Below the pieces are notes generated by a model, which was not told where the DNA came from, ran no database searches, and worked only from the letters and a program-made list of their open reading frames with translations. From NCBI GenBank assembly GCA_964016885.1, contig OZ024741.1, forward strand, positions 11,656,001-11,720,000: a stretch of DNA of 64,000 nt, given 5' to 3'. The number at the start of each line of letters is the position of its first letter. The stretch's first letter is position 1. Origin of the DNA: Eledone cirrhosa (lineage: Eukaryota). Both the position numbers and the translations under genes were made by a program. Positions 1 to 14,881 of this stretch are shown one piece after another.

Positions 1-230
1 CACACACATCTACTGAGTTACGTACACACGCATCTACTAAGATACATACACACACATCTACAGAGTTACATACATATATCTAATGTGTTACAGACACACT
101 TTTCTACTGAGTTACATATACACACATCTACTGTGTTACATACACACATATCTAGTGAGTTACATACACACTCATCTACTGAGTTACATATACACAGCTA
201 CTGTGTTACATACATACATCTACTGAGTTC
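1..230. repeat. Degenerate ~22-26 bp minisatellite (CACACATCTACTGAGTTACATA-like), truncated by window start
   Basis: About 9 diverged copies of catctactg(a/t)gttacata. Confidence 0.75.
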
Positions 231-256
231 CGTGATTTAAACATTTTAGGAGAAAG

Positions 257-3200
257 TCACGACCTGGGTTAGTAGTCATTACCTCGGTTAGTAGTCCTTA
301 CCTGGCTTAGTAGTCTCGACCTGGATTAGTAGTCAATACCTGGGTCAGTAGTTACTACCTGGGTTAGTAGTCAATACCTGGGTCAGTAGTCACGACCTGG
401 GTTAGTAGTCACGACATGGGTTAGTAGTCACTCCCTGGATTACGAGTCATGACCTGGGTTAGTAGTCATGACTTGGGTTAGTAGTCACGACCTGGGGTAG
501 TAGTCACGACCTGGGTTAGTATTCACGACCTGGGTCTGTAGTCACTACCTGGGTTAGTAGTCACGACCTGGGTTAGTAGTCCTACCTGGGTTAGTAGTCA
601 CGACCTGGGTTACTAGACACGACCTGGGTTAGTAGTCACTAAATGGGTTAGTAGTCACGACCTGGTTTAGTATTCATGATCTGGGTTAGTAGTCACTACC
701 TGGTTTAGTAGTCACGACTTGGATCAGTAGTCTCTACCTGGTTTAGTAGTTTTTACCTGGATCAGTAGTTACGACCTGGGTTAGTAGTCACTAGCTGGGT
801 TAGTATACACTACCTGGGTTAGTAGTCACGGCCTGGGTTAGTAGTCACTACCTGGGTCAGTAGTCACTAACTGGATTATTTTTCACGACTTTGGTTAGTA
901 GTTATTACCTGGGATAGTAGTCACTACCTGGGTTATTAGTCACTACCTGGGTCAGTAGTCACTACCTGGGTCAGTACTCACTACCTGGTTTAGTAGTCAC
1001 GATCTGGGTTAGTAGTCATTACCTGGATTAGTAGTCATGACCTGGGTTGGTAGTTACGACCTGGGTTAGTAGTCACGACCTGAAATACTAGTCACGACCT
1101 GCGTTAGTAGTCACTACCAGGATTAGTTTCCACGACCTGGATCAGTAGTCACGACCTGGGTTAGTATTCATGTCCTGGGTTACTAGTCACTACCTGGGTT
1201 AGTAGTCAATACTTGGATTAGTATTCGCGACCTGGGTTAGTAGTCACGACATGGGTTAGTAGTCACTACCTGGGTTAGCAGACACGACCAGGGTTAGTAG
1301 TCACGACGTGGGTTAGTAGTCACTACCTAGGGTAGTATTCATTACCAGGGTTATTAGTCACAACCTGGGTCAGTAGTCACTAGCTGGGTTAGTATTTACG
1401 ACCTGGGTTAGTAATCAATACATGGGAACTTAGTTACTACCTGGGTTAGTAATCAATACCTGGGTCAAAAATCACGACCAGGGTTAGTATTCACTACCTG
1501 GTTTAGTAGTCACTACATGGGTCAGTATTCACTACCTGGGTTAGTATTCACAACCTGGGTTAGTAGTTACGACCTGGTTTAGTAGTCACGACCTGGGTTA
1601 GTAGTCACGACCTGGGTTAGTAGTCACTAGCTGGGCTACTAGTCACGGCCTCGGTTAGTAGTCACGACCTGGCTTATTAGTCACGACCTGGGTCAGTAGT
1701 TATGACCTGGGTTAGTAGTCACTACCTGGGTTAGTATTCACGACCTGGGTTAGTAGTCACGAGCTGGGCTAGTAGTCACTAGCTGGGTTACTAGTCATGG
1801 CCTGGGTAGAGTAGTCACGACCTGGGTTATGAGTCACGGCTTGGGTCAGTAGTCACGACCTGGGTTAGTAGTCACGGCTTGGGTCAGTAGTCACGACCTG
1901 GGTTAGTAGTCACGACCTGGATTAGTAGTCACTACCTGGATTAGTAGTCACTACCTGGGTTAGTAGTTATTACCAGGGTTAGTATTCAGGACCTGGGTTA
2001 GTAGTCACTACCATGGTTAGTAATCATTATCTGGGTTAGCAGCTACGACCTGGGTTAGTAGTCATTACCTGGATTAATATTCATTACCTGCGTTAGTAGT
2101 CACTAACTGGGTCAGTAGTCACTACCTGGGTTATTAGTCATTACCTGGGTTAGTATTCTATACCTGGGTCAGTAATCACGACCTGGGTTACTAGTCACGA
2201 CCTTAGTCAGTAGTCACGACCTGGGCTAGTGTTCACTACCTGGGTTACTAGACACGACCTGGTTTAGTAGTCACTACCTGGGTCAGTATTAACGACCTGG
2301 GTTAGTAGTCACGACATGGGTTAGTAGTCACTACCTGGGTCAGTAGTCACTACCTGGGTCAGTAGTCACTATCTGGGTTAGTATTCACTAACTGGTTTAG
2401 TAGTCACGACCTGGGTTAGTAGTCACTACCTGGGTTAGTAGTCAATAGCTGGGTCAGTAGCCACTACCTGGGTTAGTAGTCAATAGCTGGGTCAGTAGTC
2501 ACGACCTGGGTTAGTAGTCACTACCTGGGTTAGTAGTCAATAGCTGGGTCAGTAGCCACTACCTGGGTTAGTAGTCAATAGCTGGGTCAGTAGTCACGAC
2601 CTGGGTTAGTAGTCACTACCTGGGTTAGTAGTCAATAGCTGGGTCAGTAGCCACTACCTGGGTTAGTAGTCACTAGCTGGGTTACTAATCAGTACCTGGG
2701 TTAGTAGTTACGACCTGGGCTAGTCGTAACGACCTGGGTTACTAGTCACTACCTGGATTCGTAATCACGACCTGGGTTAGTAGTCAGGACCTGGGTTAGT
2801 ATTCATTACTTCGGTTAGTAGTCACTACCGGCATTAATATTCTATACTCGGGTCAGTAATCACGACCTGGGTTAGTAGTCACAACCTGGGTTAGTAGTCA
2901 CGACATGGGTTACTAGTCATGACCAGGGTTAGTAGTCATTACCTGGGTTAGTATTTACGACCTGGGTTAGTAGTCACGACCTGGGTTAGTAGTCACTACT
3001 TGGATCAATAGTCACTACCTGGGTTAGTAGTCATTACCTGGGTTAGTACTCACTACCTGGCTTAGTATTTACTACCTGGGTTAGTAATCAATACCTGGGA
3101 AAGTAGTTAGTACCTGGGCTAGTAATCAATACTTGGGTTAGCATTCACGACCTGGGTTAGTAGTCACGACCTGGGTTAGTAGTCATTACCTGTGTTAGTA

Positions 3201-6200
3201 GTCACGACCTGGGTTAGTAGTCATTACCTGTGTTAGTAGTCACGACCTGGGTTAGTAGTCACGACCCCGGTTAGTAGGAACTACCTGGATCAGTAATCAT
3301 TACCTGGGTTAATAATCACTACCTGGGTTAGTAGACACTACCTGGGTTAGTAGACACTACCTGGCTTACTAGTCACGGCCTGGGTTAGTAGTCACTACCA
3401 GGGTTAGTAGTCACTACCTGGGTTAGTAGTCACTACCTGGCTTACTAGTCACGGCCTGGGTTAGTAGTCATGACCTGGGTTATTAATCACTACGAGGGTT
3501 AGTAGTTATTACCAGGGTTAGTATTCACGAGCTGGTTAAGTAGTCACTACCTTGGTCAGTAGTCACGACCTGGGTTAGTAGTCACTACCTGGCTTACTAG
3601 TCACGGCCTGGGTTAGTAGTCATGACCTGGGTTATTAATCACTACCAGGGTTAGTAGTTATTACCAGGGTTAGTAGTCACTAGCTGGGTTAGTAGTCACG
3701 ATCTGGGTTAGTAGTCACGATCTGGGTTAGTAGTCACGATCTGGGTTAGTAGTCACTAGCTGGGTTAGTAGTCACTAGCTGGGTTAGTATTCACTACCTG
3801 GGTTAGTAGTTACGACCTGGGTTAGTAGTCACGATCTGGGTTAGTAGTCACGACCTGGGTTAGTAGTCACGATCTGGGTTGGTAGTCACGATCTGGGTTA
3901 GTAGTCACAATCTGGGTTAGTAGTCACTAGCTGGGTTAGTAGTCACTAGCTGGGTTAGTATTCACTACCTGGGTTAGTAGTTACGACCTGGGTTACTAGT
4001 CACGACCTGGGTCAGTAGTCACTACCTGGGTCAGGATTCACGACATGGGTTAATAGTCACTACCTGGGTCAGTAGACACTACCTGGGTTATTAGTCATTA
4101 CCTGGGTTAGTATCACAACCTGGGTTAGTAGTCACTACCAGGATCATTAATCACTACCTGGGTTACTAGTCGCTATCTAGGTTCGTAATCACTACCTGGG
4201 TTAGTAGACACTACCTGGATTAGTAGTCACTACCTGGGTTATTAGTCATTACCTGGGTTAGTAATCACTACCTGGGTTATTAATCATTACCTGGGTTAGT
4301 AGTTACTACCTGGGTTAGTATCACGAGCAGGCTTAGTAATCACGACCTGGGTTTGTATTCATTACCTGGATTATTAGTCATTACCTGTGTTAGTAGTTAC
4401 TACCTGGGTTAGTAGTTACGAGCTGGGTTAGTAGTCATAACCTCGGTTAGTAGGAACTACCTGGATCAGTAATCACTAGCTCGTGTAATAATCACTACCT
4501 GGGTTAGTAGTCACTACCTGGGTTATTAGTCACTACCTGGGTTACTAGTCACGGACTGGGTTAGTAGTCACTACCTGCATCAGTAGTAACTACCTGGGTT
4601 AGTAGTCACTACCTGGGTTAGCAGTCACGACCTCGGTTAGTAGTCACTACCTGGGTTAGTAGTCACTACCTGGGTTAGTAGTTACTACCTGGGTTAGCAG
4701 TCACGACCTGGGTTAGTAGTCACTACCTGGATTATTAGTCATTACCTGGGTTAGTAGTCACTACCTGGGTCAGTAGTCACGACCTGGATAAGTAGTCACT
4801 ACCGGGGTTATTATTCCATACCTGGGTCAGTAATCACCACCTGGGTTAGTAGTCACGACCTGGGTTACAAGATGCGTCCTGTAGCTGTATTCACGCACCT
4901 TGGTTAGTAGTAAATACCTCTGTTAGTAGTCACGAACTGGGTTAGTAGTCACTGCCTGGGTTAGTAGTCACGACCTGGGTCAGTAGTCACTCTCTGGGTT
5001 AGTAGACACTACCTGGGTTAGTAGACACTACCTGGGTTACAAGATGCGACCTGTAGCTGTATTCACGCACCTTGGTTAGTAGTAAATACCTCTGTTAGTA
5101 GTCACGAACTGGGTTAGTAGTCACGACCTGGGTCAGTAGTCACTCTCTGGGTGAGTATTCACTAACTGGGTTAGTAGACACTACCTGGGTTAGCATTCAC
5201 TGCAAGGGTTAGTAATCACTACATGGGTTAGCAGTCACGACCTGGGTTAGTAGTCTCGACCTGGGTTAGTAGTCACTACCTGGGTTAGTAGTCTCGACCT
5301 GGGTTAGTAGTCACTACCTGGGTTAGTAGTCAATACCTGGGTTAGTAGTCACGACTTGGGTCAATAGTCACGACCTGGGTGAGTAGTAACGACCTGGGTT
5401 ACTAGTCAGGATCTGGGTTACTATTCACTACCTGGGTTAGTAGACACTACCTGGGTTAGTATTCATTACCTGGGTTAGTAGTTACGACCTGGGTTACTAG
5501 TCACGACCTGGGTCAGTAGTCACTACCTGGGTCAGGATTCACGACATGGGTTAATAGTCACTACCTGGGTCAGTAGACACTACCTGGGTTATTAGTCATT
5601 ACCTGGGTTAGTATCACAACCTGGGTTAGTAGTCACTACCAGGATCATTAATCACTACCTGGGTTACTAGTCGCTATCTAGGTTCGTAATCACTACCTGG
5701 GTTAGTAGACACTACCTGGATTAGTAGTCACTACCTGGGTTATTAATCATTACCTGGATTAGTAGTTACTACCTGGGTTAGTATCATGAGCAGGCTTAGT
5801 AATCACGACCTGGGTTTGTATTCATTACCTGGATTATTAGTCATTACCTGTGTTAGTAGTTACTACCTGGGTTAGTAGTTACGAGCTGGGTTAGTAGTCA
5901 TAACCTCGGTTAGTAGGAACTACCTGGATCAGTAATCACTAGCTCGTGTAATAATCACTACCTGGGTTAGTAGTCACTACCTGGGTTAGTAGTCACTACC
6001 TGGGTTATTAATCACTACCTGGGTTACTAGTCACGGACTGGGTTAGTAGTCACGACCTGGGTTATTAGTCACTACCTGGGTTAGTTGTCACTACCTGGGT
6101 TAGTAGTTACTACCTGGGTTAGCAGTCACGAACTGGATTAGTAATCACTACCTGGGTTAGTAGTCACTACCTGGGTTAGTAGTTACTACCTGGGTTAGCA

Positions 6201-9200
6201 GTCACGACCTGGGTTAGTAGTCACTACCTGGATTATTAGTCATTACCTGGGTTAGTAGTCACTACCTGGGTCAGTAGTCACGACCTGGATAAGTAGTCAC
6301 TACCGGGGTTATTATTCCATACCTGGGTCAGTAATCACCACCTGGGTTAGTAGTCACGACCTGGGTTACAAGATGCGTCCTGTAGCTGTATTCACGCACC
6401 TTGGTTACTAGTAAATACCTCTGTTAGTAGTCACGAACTGGGTTAGTAGTCACTGCCTGGGTTAGTAGTCACGACCTGGGTCAGTAGTCACTCTCTGGGT
6501 TAGTAGACACTACCTGGGTTAGTAGACACTACCTGGGTTACAAGATGCGACCTGTAGCTGTATTCACGCACCTTGGTTAGTAGTAAATACCTCTGTTAGT
6601 AGTCACTGCCTGGGTTAGTAGTCACGACCTGGGTCAGTAGTCACTCTCTGGGTGAGTATTCACTAACTGGGTTAGTAGACACTACCTGGGTTAGCATTCA
6701 CTGCAAGGGTTAGTAATCACTACATGGGTTAGCAGTCACGACCTGGGTTAGTAGTCTCGACCTGGGTTAGTAGTCACTACCTGGGTTAGTAGTCAATACC
6801 TGGGTTAGTAGTCAATACCTGGGTTAGAAGTTACTACCAGGGTTAGTATTCACGACCTGCGTTAGTAGTCACTACATGGGTCAGTAGTCACTACCTGGGT
6901 TATTAGTCATTACCTGGGTTAGTATCACTACCTGGGTTAGTAGTCACTACCTGCAACAGTAGTAACTACCTGGGTTAGTAGTCACTACCTGGGTTAGCAG
7001 TCACGACCTCGGTTAGTAGTCACTACCTGGATTAATAGTCATTACCTTGGTTAGTAGTCGCTACCTGGGTCAGTAATCACGACCTGGTTTAGTAGTCACT
7101 ACCGGGGTTAGTATTCTATACCTGGGTCACTAATCACGACCTGGGTTAGTAGTCACGACCTGGGTTAGTAGTCACGTACTGGGTTACTAGTCACGACCTG
7201 TGTTAGTAGTCACGACCTGGGCTAATATTCACTACCTGGGTTACTAGACGCGACCTGGGTTAGTAGTCACTAACTGGGACAGTATTCACGACCTGGGTTA
7301 GTAGTCACTACATCTGTTAGTAGTCACGATCTGGGTTAGTAGTCACTACCTGGGTTATTAGTCATTACCTGGATTAGTAGTTACTACCTGGGTTAGTAGT
7401 CACGAGCTGGGTTAGTAGTCACTACCAGGATCAGTAATCACTACCTGGGTTAATAGTCACTACCTGGGTTAGTAGTCACTACCTGGGTTACTAGTCTCGG
7501 CCTGGGTTAGTAATCACTACCTGGGTTAGTAGTCACTACCTGGGTTAGTAGTCATGAGCTGGGTTAGTAGTCACTACCAGGATCAGTAATCACTACCTGG
7601 GTTAATAGTCACTACCTGGGTTAATAGTCACTACCTGGGTTAGTAGTCACTACCTGGGTTAGTAATCACTACCTGGGTTAGTAGTCACTACCTGGGTTAG
7701 TAGTCATTACCTGGATTAGTAGTCACTACCTGGGTTAGTAGACACGACCCGGGTTAGTAGTCACTACCTGGATCAGTATTCATGACCTGGGTTAGCAGTC
7801 ACTACCTGGGATAGTAGTCACTCCCTCGGTTAGTAGTCACCACCTGGGTTAGTATGGACTACCTGGGTTACTAGACACGACCTGGGTTAGTAATCACTAC
7901 CTCGGTCAGTATTCAGGACCTGGGTTAGTAGTCACGACCTCGTTTAGTAGTCAATGCCTTGATTAGTAGTCACGACCTGGGACATTACTTACTACCTGAA
8001 TCAGTAGTCACTATCTGGGTTAGTATTCACTACCTGGGTTAGTAGACACTACCTGGGTCAGTATTCTCTACCAGTGTTAGTAGTCACTACCTGGGCTAGT
8101 AGTCACGACCTGGGTTAGTATTCATTACCTGGGTTAGTATTCACGACCTTGGTTAGTAGTCACTACCTGGGTTAGTAGTCACGACCTGGGTTAGTGGTCA
8201 CTAACTGGGTTAGTTATCACTACCTGGGTTAGTAGTCATATTCTGGGTAAGTAGTCACGACCTGGTTTAGTAGACATTACCTTGGTTAGTAGTCACTACC
8301 TCGGTTAGTAGTCACTACCTGGGTCAGTAGTCACTACCTTGGTTATTAGACATTATCAGCTTTAGTTACCGGGGTTAGTATTCTATACCTGGGTCAGTAA
8401 TCACGACCTGGGTTAGTAGTCACGACCTGGGTCAGTAGTCACTACCTGGGTTATTAGTCATTACCTGGGTTAGTATCACAACCTGGGTTAGTACTCACGA
8501 CCTGGGTTATTAGTTAGTACCTGCGTTAGTAGTCACGACCTGGATCAGTAGTCACGACCTGGGTTAGTAGTCCCGACCTGGATCAGTAGTCACTACCTGG
8601 GTGAGTAGTCATTACCTGGATCAGTAGTCACGACCTGGGTTAGTATTCACTACCAGGGTTAATAGTCACTACCTGGGTTAGTAATCACGACCTGGGTTAG
8701 TAGTTACTGCCTGGGTTAGTAGTCACTACCTGGCTTAGTATTCACTACCTGGGTTAGTAGTCACTACCTAGGTTAGTAGTAACTACCTAGGTTAGTAGTA
8801 ACTACCTAGGTTAGTAGTCAATACCTGGGTTAGTATTCACGACATGGGTTAGTAGTCACGACCTAGGTTAGTAGACATTACCTGGGTTAGTATTCACGAC
8901 AAGGGTTAGTAGTCACGACCTGGGTTAGTAGCCACGATCTGGGTTAGTAGACACCACCTGGGTTAGTAGTCACTACCTGGGTTACTAGTCTCGGCCTGGG
9001 TTAGTAGTCACCACCTGGGTTAGTAGTCACTACCTGGGTTAGTAGTCACTACCTGTGTGAGTAGTCACGCCCTGGGTTAGTAGTCACGCCCTGGGTTAGT
9101 AGTCACGACTTGGGTCAATAGTCACGACCTGGGTGAGTAGTAACGACCTGGGTTACTAGTCAGGATCTGGGTTACTATTCACTACCTGGGTTAGTAGACA

Positions 9201-11115
9201 CTACCTGGGTTAGTATTCATTACCTGGGTTAGTAGTCACTACCTGGGTTAGTAGTCACTACCTGGGTTAGTAGTTACTACTTGAATCAGTAGTCACTACC
9301 TGGGTTAGTAGTCACTACCTGGGTTAGTAGACACGACCTGGGTTAGTAGTCACGACGTGGGTTAGTAGTTACTACATGGGTTAATAGTGATTACCTGGGT
9401 TTGTAGTCACTACCTGGGTTAGTAGTCACGACCTGGGTTAGTAGTAACTACCTGTGTTACTAGTCACGGCCTGGGTTAGTATTCACGACCTGGGTTATTA
9501 GTCACGGCCTGGGACAGTAGTGACGACCTGGGTTAATAGTCACTACCTGGGTTAGTAGTCACGACCTTGCTTAGTATTCACTACCTGTGTTAGTAGTCAG
9601 GACCTGGTTAGGTAGTCACGACCTGGGTTAGTAATCACTACCTGTCTTACTAGTCTCGACCTGGTTTAATAGTCACAACCTGGGTTAGTAGTCCCTTCCT
9701 GGGTCAGTAGCCACTATCTGGGTTAGTATACATTACCTGGGTTAGTAGTCACGATCTGGATTAGTAGTCATTACCTGCGTTAGTAGTCATTTGCTGGGTT
9801 AATAGTCACGACCTGGGTTAGTAGTCACGACCTGGGTTACTAGTCACTACCTGGGTTAGTATTCATTACCTTTGTGAGTAGTCACTACCTGGGTTAGTAG
9901 TGACGACCACGTTTAGTAGTCACTACCTGGGTTTGTAGTAACTACCTGGGTCAGTAGTCACGACCTGTGTCAGTAGTCACGACCTGGGTCAGTAGTCACG
10001 ACCTGTGTCAGTAGTCACGACCTGGGTCAGTAGTCACTATCTGGCTTACTATTCAGTACCAGGGTTAGCAGACATTACCTGGGTTAGTATTCACTACCTG
10101 GGTTAGTAGACACGACCTGGGTTAGTATTCATTACCTGGGTTAGTATTCACGACCTGGGCTAGTATTCACTACTTGGGTTACTAGACAAGACCTGGGTTA
10201 CTAGTCACCACCTGGGTTAGTATCACAACCTGGGTTAGTAGTCACTACCAGCATCAGTAGTCACTACCTGTGTTTGTAGACACTAACTCGGTTAGTATTC
10301 ACGACCTGGGTTAGTAGTCACGACCTGGGTTAGTAGTCGTTAACTGGGTTAGTTGTCACTGCCTGGATTAGTAGTCACGACCTGGGTTAGTAGTCACTAC
10401 CTGGGTTAGTATTCATTACCTTTGTGTGTAGTCACTACCTGGGTTAGTAGTCACTACCTGGGTAAGTGGTCACGACCTGGGTCAGTAGTAACGACCTGGG
10501 TCAGTAGTCGCTACCTGGGTCAGTAGTCACTATCTCGGTTAGTATTTACTACCTGTGTTAGTTTTCACTACCTGGGTTAGTAGTCACGACCTGGGTTAGT
10601 AGTCATTAACTGGGTTAGTATTCACGACCTGGGTTAGTAGTCCCGGCCTGGGTTAGTAGTCAAGACCTGGGCTATTAGTCAATACCTGGGTCAATATTCA
10701 AGACCTGGGTCAGTAGTCACAACCTGGATTAGTAGTCGCTACCTGGGTCACTAGTCACTACCTGGGTTAGTATTCACGACCTGGGTTAGTAGTCACTACC
10801 TGGGTTAGTAGTCATTACCTGGGATAGTAGTCACTAGCTGGGTTAGTAATCACTACCTGGGTTAGTAGTCACGACCTGGGTTAGTAGTCACGCCCTGGGT
10901 TACTATTCACTACCTGGGTTACTAGACACGACCTGGGTTAGTAGTGACTACCTGGGTTAGCAGCCACGAATTGGGTTAGTAATCACGACCTGGGTTAGTA
11001 GTCACTACCTGGGTTAGTAGTCACTACCTGGGTTAGTATTAAACGACCTGGGTTAGTAGTCACTATCTGGGTTAGTAGTCGCTACCTGGTTTACTATTCA
11101 CTACCTGGGTTAGTT
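257..11115. repeat. 19-bp tandem satellite, consensus ACCTGGGTTAGTAGTCAC(T/G), ~570 copies
   Basis: acctgg starts at 262, 281, 300 and so on (19-bp period) and continues to ~11115. Confidence 0.97.
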
Positions 11116-13698
11116 ACACCAATCTACATCGCACCAAGCTATTGATCTGGGTGTGAAAAATTTTCTTCCCGTTTCTTTTTATTTTTTGTGTGTGTGCTTA
11201 ACACCCAATCTGACATTAAAGGTGCTCCCAATTGACTATTTTTTTTCCACTTATCAATAATTATGACATGGAAACCTGTCGAAAATGACTAGCTTTGTAG
11301 AAAAAAGAGGGAGAATGTGGGTGGAAATACCATTTACAAAGCTAGCCATTTTTTATTGCAGCGGAAGTCATATTTTTTGTTAATATGCTAAAAGTATAGT
11401 CCACTGCTAGCACATTGGAAGTTGATAGCACATGCAAAAATGAAGGAAAAATTTTTTTTGTAACATAAATCAAAGTGGAAATTTAAATCCTCACTTATAA
11501 CAAAGCACACCACAGCACATTAATCTACCCCAATTCACACCATATACTTCTCTATATGTTAAATTTATTACAGAACACCTACTACCATTTACATCACACC
11601 ATGGTATGGAGATCAATGTGACAAATTTTTTACCTGCTTTTTATTTTTTGGGGTAACCACCTCAAACTAACATCAAAGGTGCTTGCAAATGACTATTTTC
11701 CCACACATATTTTTTGTTAATATGTTAAAAGCATAGTCCACTGCGAGCATCTTGGAAGTTGATAGCACATGCAAAAATGAAGGATAAATTTTTTTTCTAA
11801 TATAAATCAAAGTGGAAATTTAAATCCTCACTTATAACAAAGCACACCACAGCACATTAATCTACCCCAATCCACACCATAAATTCACGATAACCATACT
11901 TCACTATATGGTAAATTTATTACAGAACACCATGGTATGGAGATCAATGTGACAAATTTGCTACCTGCTTTTTTTTTTTTTGTGGTTACCACCTCAAACT
12001 AACATCAAAGGTGCTTGCAAATGACTATTTTCCCACACATTATCAATGATTATGACATGGGAATCTATCGTTTACAATTGGTTTCCATTTCATAACTTCA
12101 CGAAACCAAACCAAACCACACCAAACCAAGATACACCATACTACATCACACCAAGCTATTGATCTTGGTGTGAAACATTTTCTTCCTATTTCCTTTTTTT
12201 TTTTGTGTGTGTGTGCTTACCACCCAATCTGACATTAAAGGTGCTCCCAATTGACTATTTCTTTTCCACTTATCAATAATTATGACATGGAACCCTGTCG
12301 AAAATGACTATCTTTGTAGAAACTTCACCAAACCACACCATACTACATCACACCAAGATATTGATTTGGGTGTGACAAATTTTTTTTTTTTTTTAATTTT
12401 TATTTTGTGCTTAATTTGACATAAAAGGTGCTCGCAAATTACTATTTTATGCACATATTATTAATGGTTATGACATGGAAACCTGATGAAATTGACTAGC
12501 TTTATAGAAAAAAGAGGGAGGATATGAGTGGAAATACCATTTACAAAGCTAGCCATTTTTTATTGCAGCGGAAGTCATATTTTTTGTTAATATGTTAAAA
12601 GCATAGTCCATAGTTGTGGTTACCACCTCAAACTAACATCAAAGGTGCTTGCAAATGACTATTTTTCCACACATTATCAATGAATATGACATGGGAATCT
12701 ATCGTTTACAATTGGTTTCCATTTCATAACTTCACCAAACCAAACCAAACCACACCATACCAAGATACACCATACTACATCACACCCAGCTATTGATCTT
12801 GGTGTGAAACATTTTCTTCCCGTTTCCTTTTTTTTTTGTGTGTGTGTGCTTACCACCCAATCTGACATTAAAGGTGCTCCCAATTGACTATTTTTTTTTC
12901 CACTTATCAATAATTGTGACATGGAAACCTGTCGAAAATGACTATCTTTGTAGAAATTCACCAAACCACACCATACTACATCACACCAAAATATTGATTT
13001 TGGTGTGACAAATTTTCATCTGGCATTTTAAAAAATTTTTTTTATTTTGATTTTGTGCTTAATTTGACATAAAAGGTGCTCGCAAATTACTATTTTATGC
13101 ACATATTATTAATGGTTATGACATGGAAACCTGATGAAAATGACTAGCTTTGTAGAAAAAAGAGGGAGGATGTGGGTGGAAATACCATTTACAAAGCTAG
13201 CCATTTTTTATTGCAGCGGAAGTCATATTTTTTGTTAATATGTTAAAAGCATAGTCCACTGCGAGCATCTTGGAAGTTGATAGCACATGCAAAAATGAAG
13301 GAAAAATTTTTTTTCTAATATAAATCAAAGTGGAAATTTAAATCCTCACTTATAACAAAGCACACCACAGCACATTAATCTACCCCAATCCACACCATAA
13401 ATTCACGATAACCATACTTCACTATATGGTAAATTTATTACAGAACACCATGGTATGGAGATCAATGTGACAAGTTTGCTACCTGCTTTTTTTTTTTTTT
13501 GTGGTTACCACCTCAAACTAACATCAAAGGTGCTTGCAAATGACTATTTTCCCACACATTATCAATGAATATGACATGGGAATCTATCGTTTACAATTGG
13601 TTTCCATTTCATAACTTCACCAAACCAAACCAAACCACACCATACCAAGTTACACCATACTACATCGCACCAAGCTATTGATCTTGGTGTGAAAAATT
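11116..13698. repeat. Complex mosaic repeat of shuffled 100-600 bp modules
   Basis: Module 'gacatgggaatctatcgtttacaattgg' at ~12054, 12688, 13573; module 'caccaagctattgatcttggtgtgaaa' at ~11132, 12149, 12785, 13668; module 'gcagcggaagtcatattttttgttaatatg' at ~11358, 12565, 13213. Confidence 0.85.
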
Positions 13699-14826
13699 AT
13701 AATGGCTGTGTCCGATTCAATCTCTAGGCTGTCATGGTGTCTGCTCAGCCTGGGTTGTTTCCTATGGCTTGAGGGGAGTTCACAACCTAGGGTGTTGTTA
13801 CTATAATTTTGCCAACATCTATATAACACAAACACATTTTAATTTACTTGATTTCTGATTTTCAAGTTCCAATTTTAAATCTTGATTTCTCTTTATTAAT
13901 TTGTTATTTGTTTTCTCCCATCTTCACTGTATCACCTTATATTTATTTTAAAGTTGAGATTGATTATAACACAAACACATTTTGTTTGATTATCTTATTT
14001 TAACATCTTTAATCCTCATACCAATCTATCCAACATATTTCTGACCTTGAGATTGGTTATAGCACACACACACTTTATCCTACTTTATTTGAATCTTCAT
14101 TTTATTTTTCACTTCTCCATATTCATTTTCATTACTTTTTCACCAATTTTTCTTTATTCTTTATTCTTTATTCTTTATTCTCTATTTATTATTTATTTTC
14201 AAATTATACAAATTATATTATTTATTTTCTGTTTTCTTCATTTATTGCCTTATATTTCTTCATATACATGGAAGAAATCCCCCCCCCCCACCACCACCAC
14301 CACCACTATGAGAGATGGTGGCAGGAGGGATGAAGAAAAAACACACACTGGATACTTCTAAATTGTCAGCAGCAGCAAGACATAAGCTGACCACAACACC
14401 AACAACACTACCAAAATAATGGTAGAGGTCAAATGTACTTAACAATAGCAAACACAAACACTACAGGGAGCCTCACCCCAGAAAGAATTCTATAGACTTC
14501 TGACTGAGGAATGCTCTCAGAACTGACCAATGGTAAGTTTGACACTTTTTTTGTTATTTTGTTCCTTTAACACCTTGTCTCTTCTACCACTTTATCAATT
14601 TTTTAAGCTAACTCCAACAATAACAACACTTAGAATGAGGAATGTTCTAACAACTGACCAATGAGAGGAGAAGAGGCCCTTTGACACTGAAATTCGTTTG
14701 TTTGAATTCATATGATTCCAGTTCCTCAGTGAAATAACAACCCAACCAGGAACTGGGCATATCAGAGTATTGACAAAATTATACACCTCAACAACATATG
14801 TACTTGTCTATACCACACTAATTCAG

Positions 14827-14881
14827 ACTGCCTGAAGAGGTCACAGCCAAAGATGGCTGTCACTGAAATATATATAGCAGT
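14827..14881 (+). ncRNA. Minimal type-I hammerhead ribozyme motif (family A), Penelope pLTR-like, followed by AATAAA
   Basis: actgc-CTGAAGA-ggtcacagcc/aaagat/ggctgtcact-GAAA-tatata-TA-gcagt. Stem I actgc/gcagt, stem II 9 of 10 paired, palindromic stem III; aataaa at 14882. Confidence 0.8.

Noticed and set aside
257-11115. CRISPR array or true telomere
   Set aside because: No unique spacers or cas genes; units are contiguous 19-mers, not (TTAGGG)n
14047-14361. Hydrophobic 104-aa ORF
   Set aside because: T-rich low-complexity sequence with a non-ATG start
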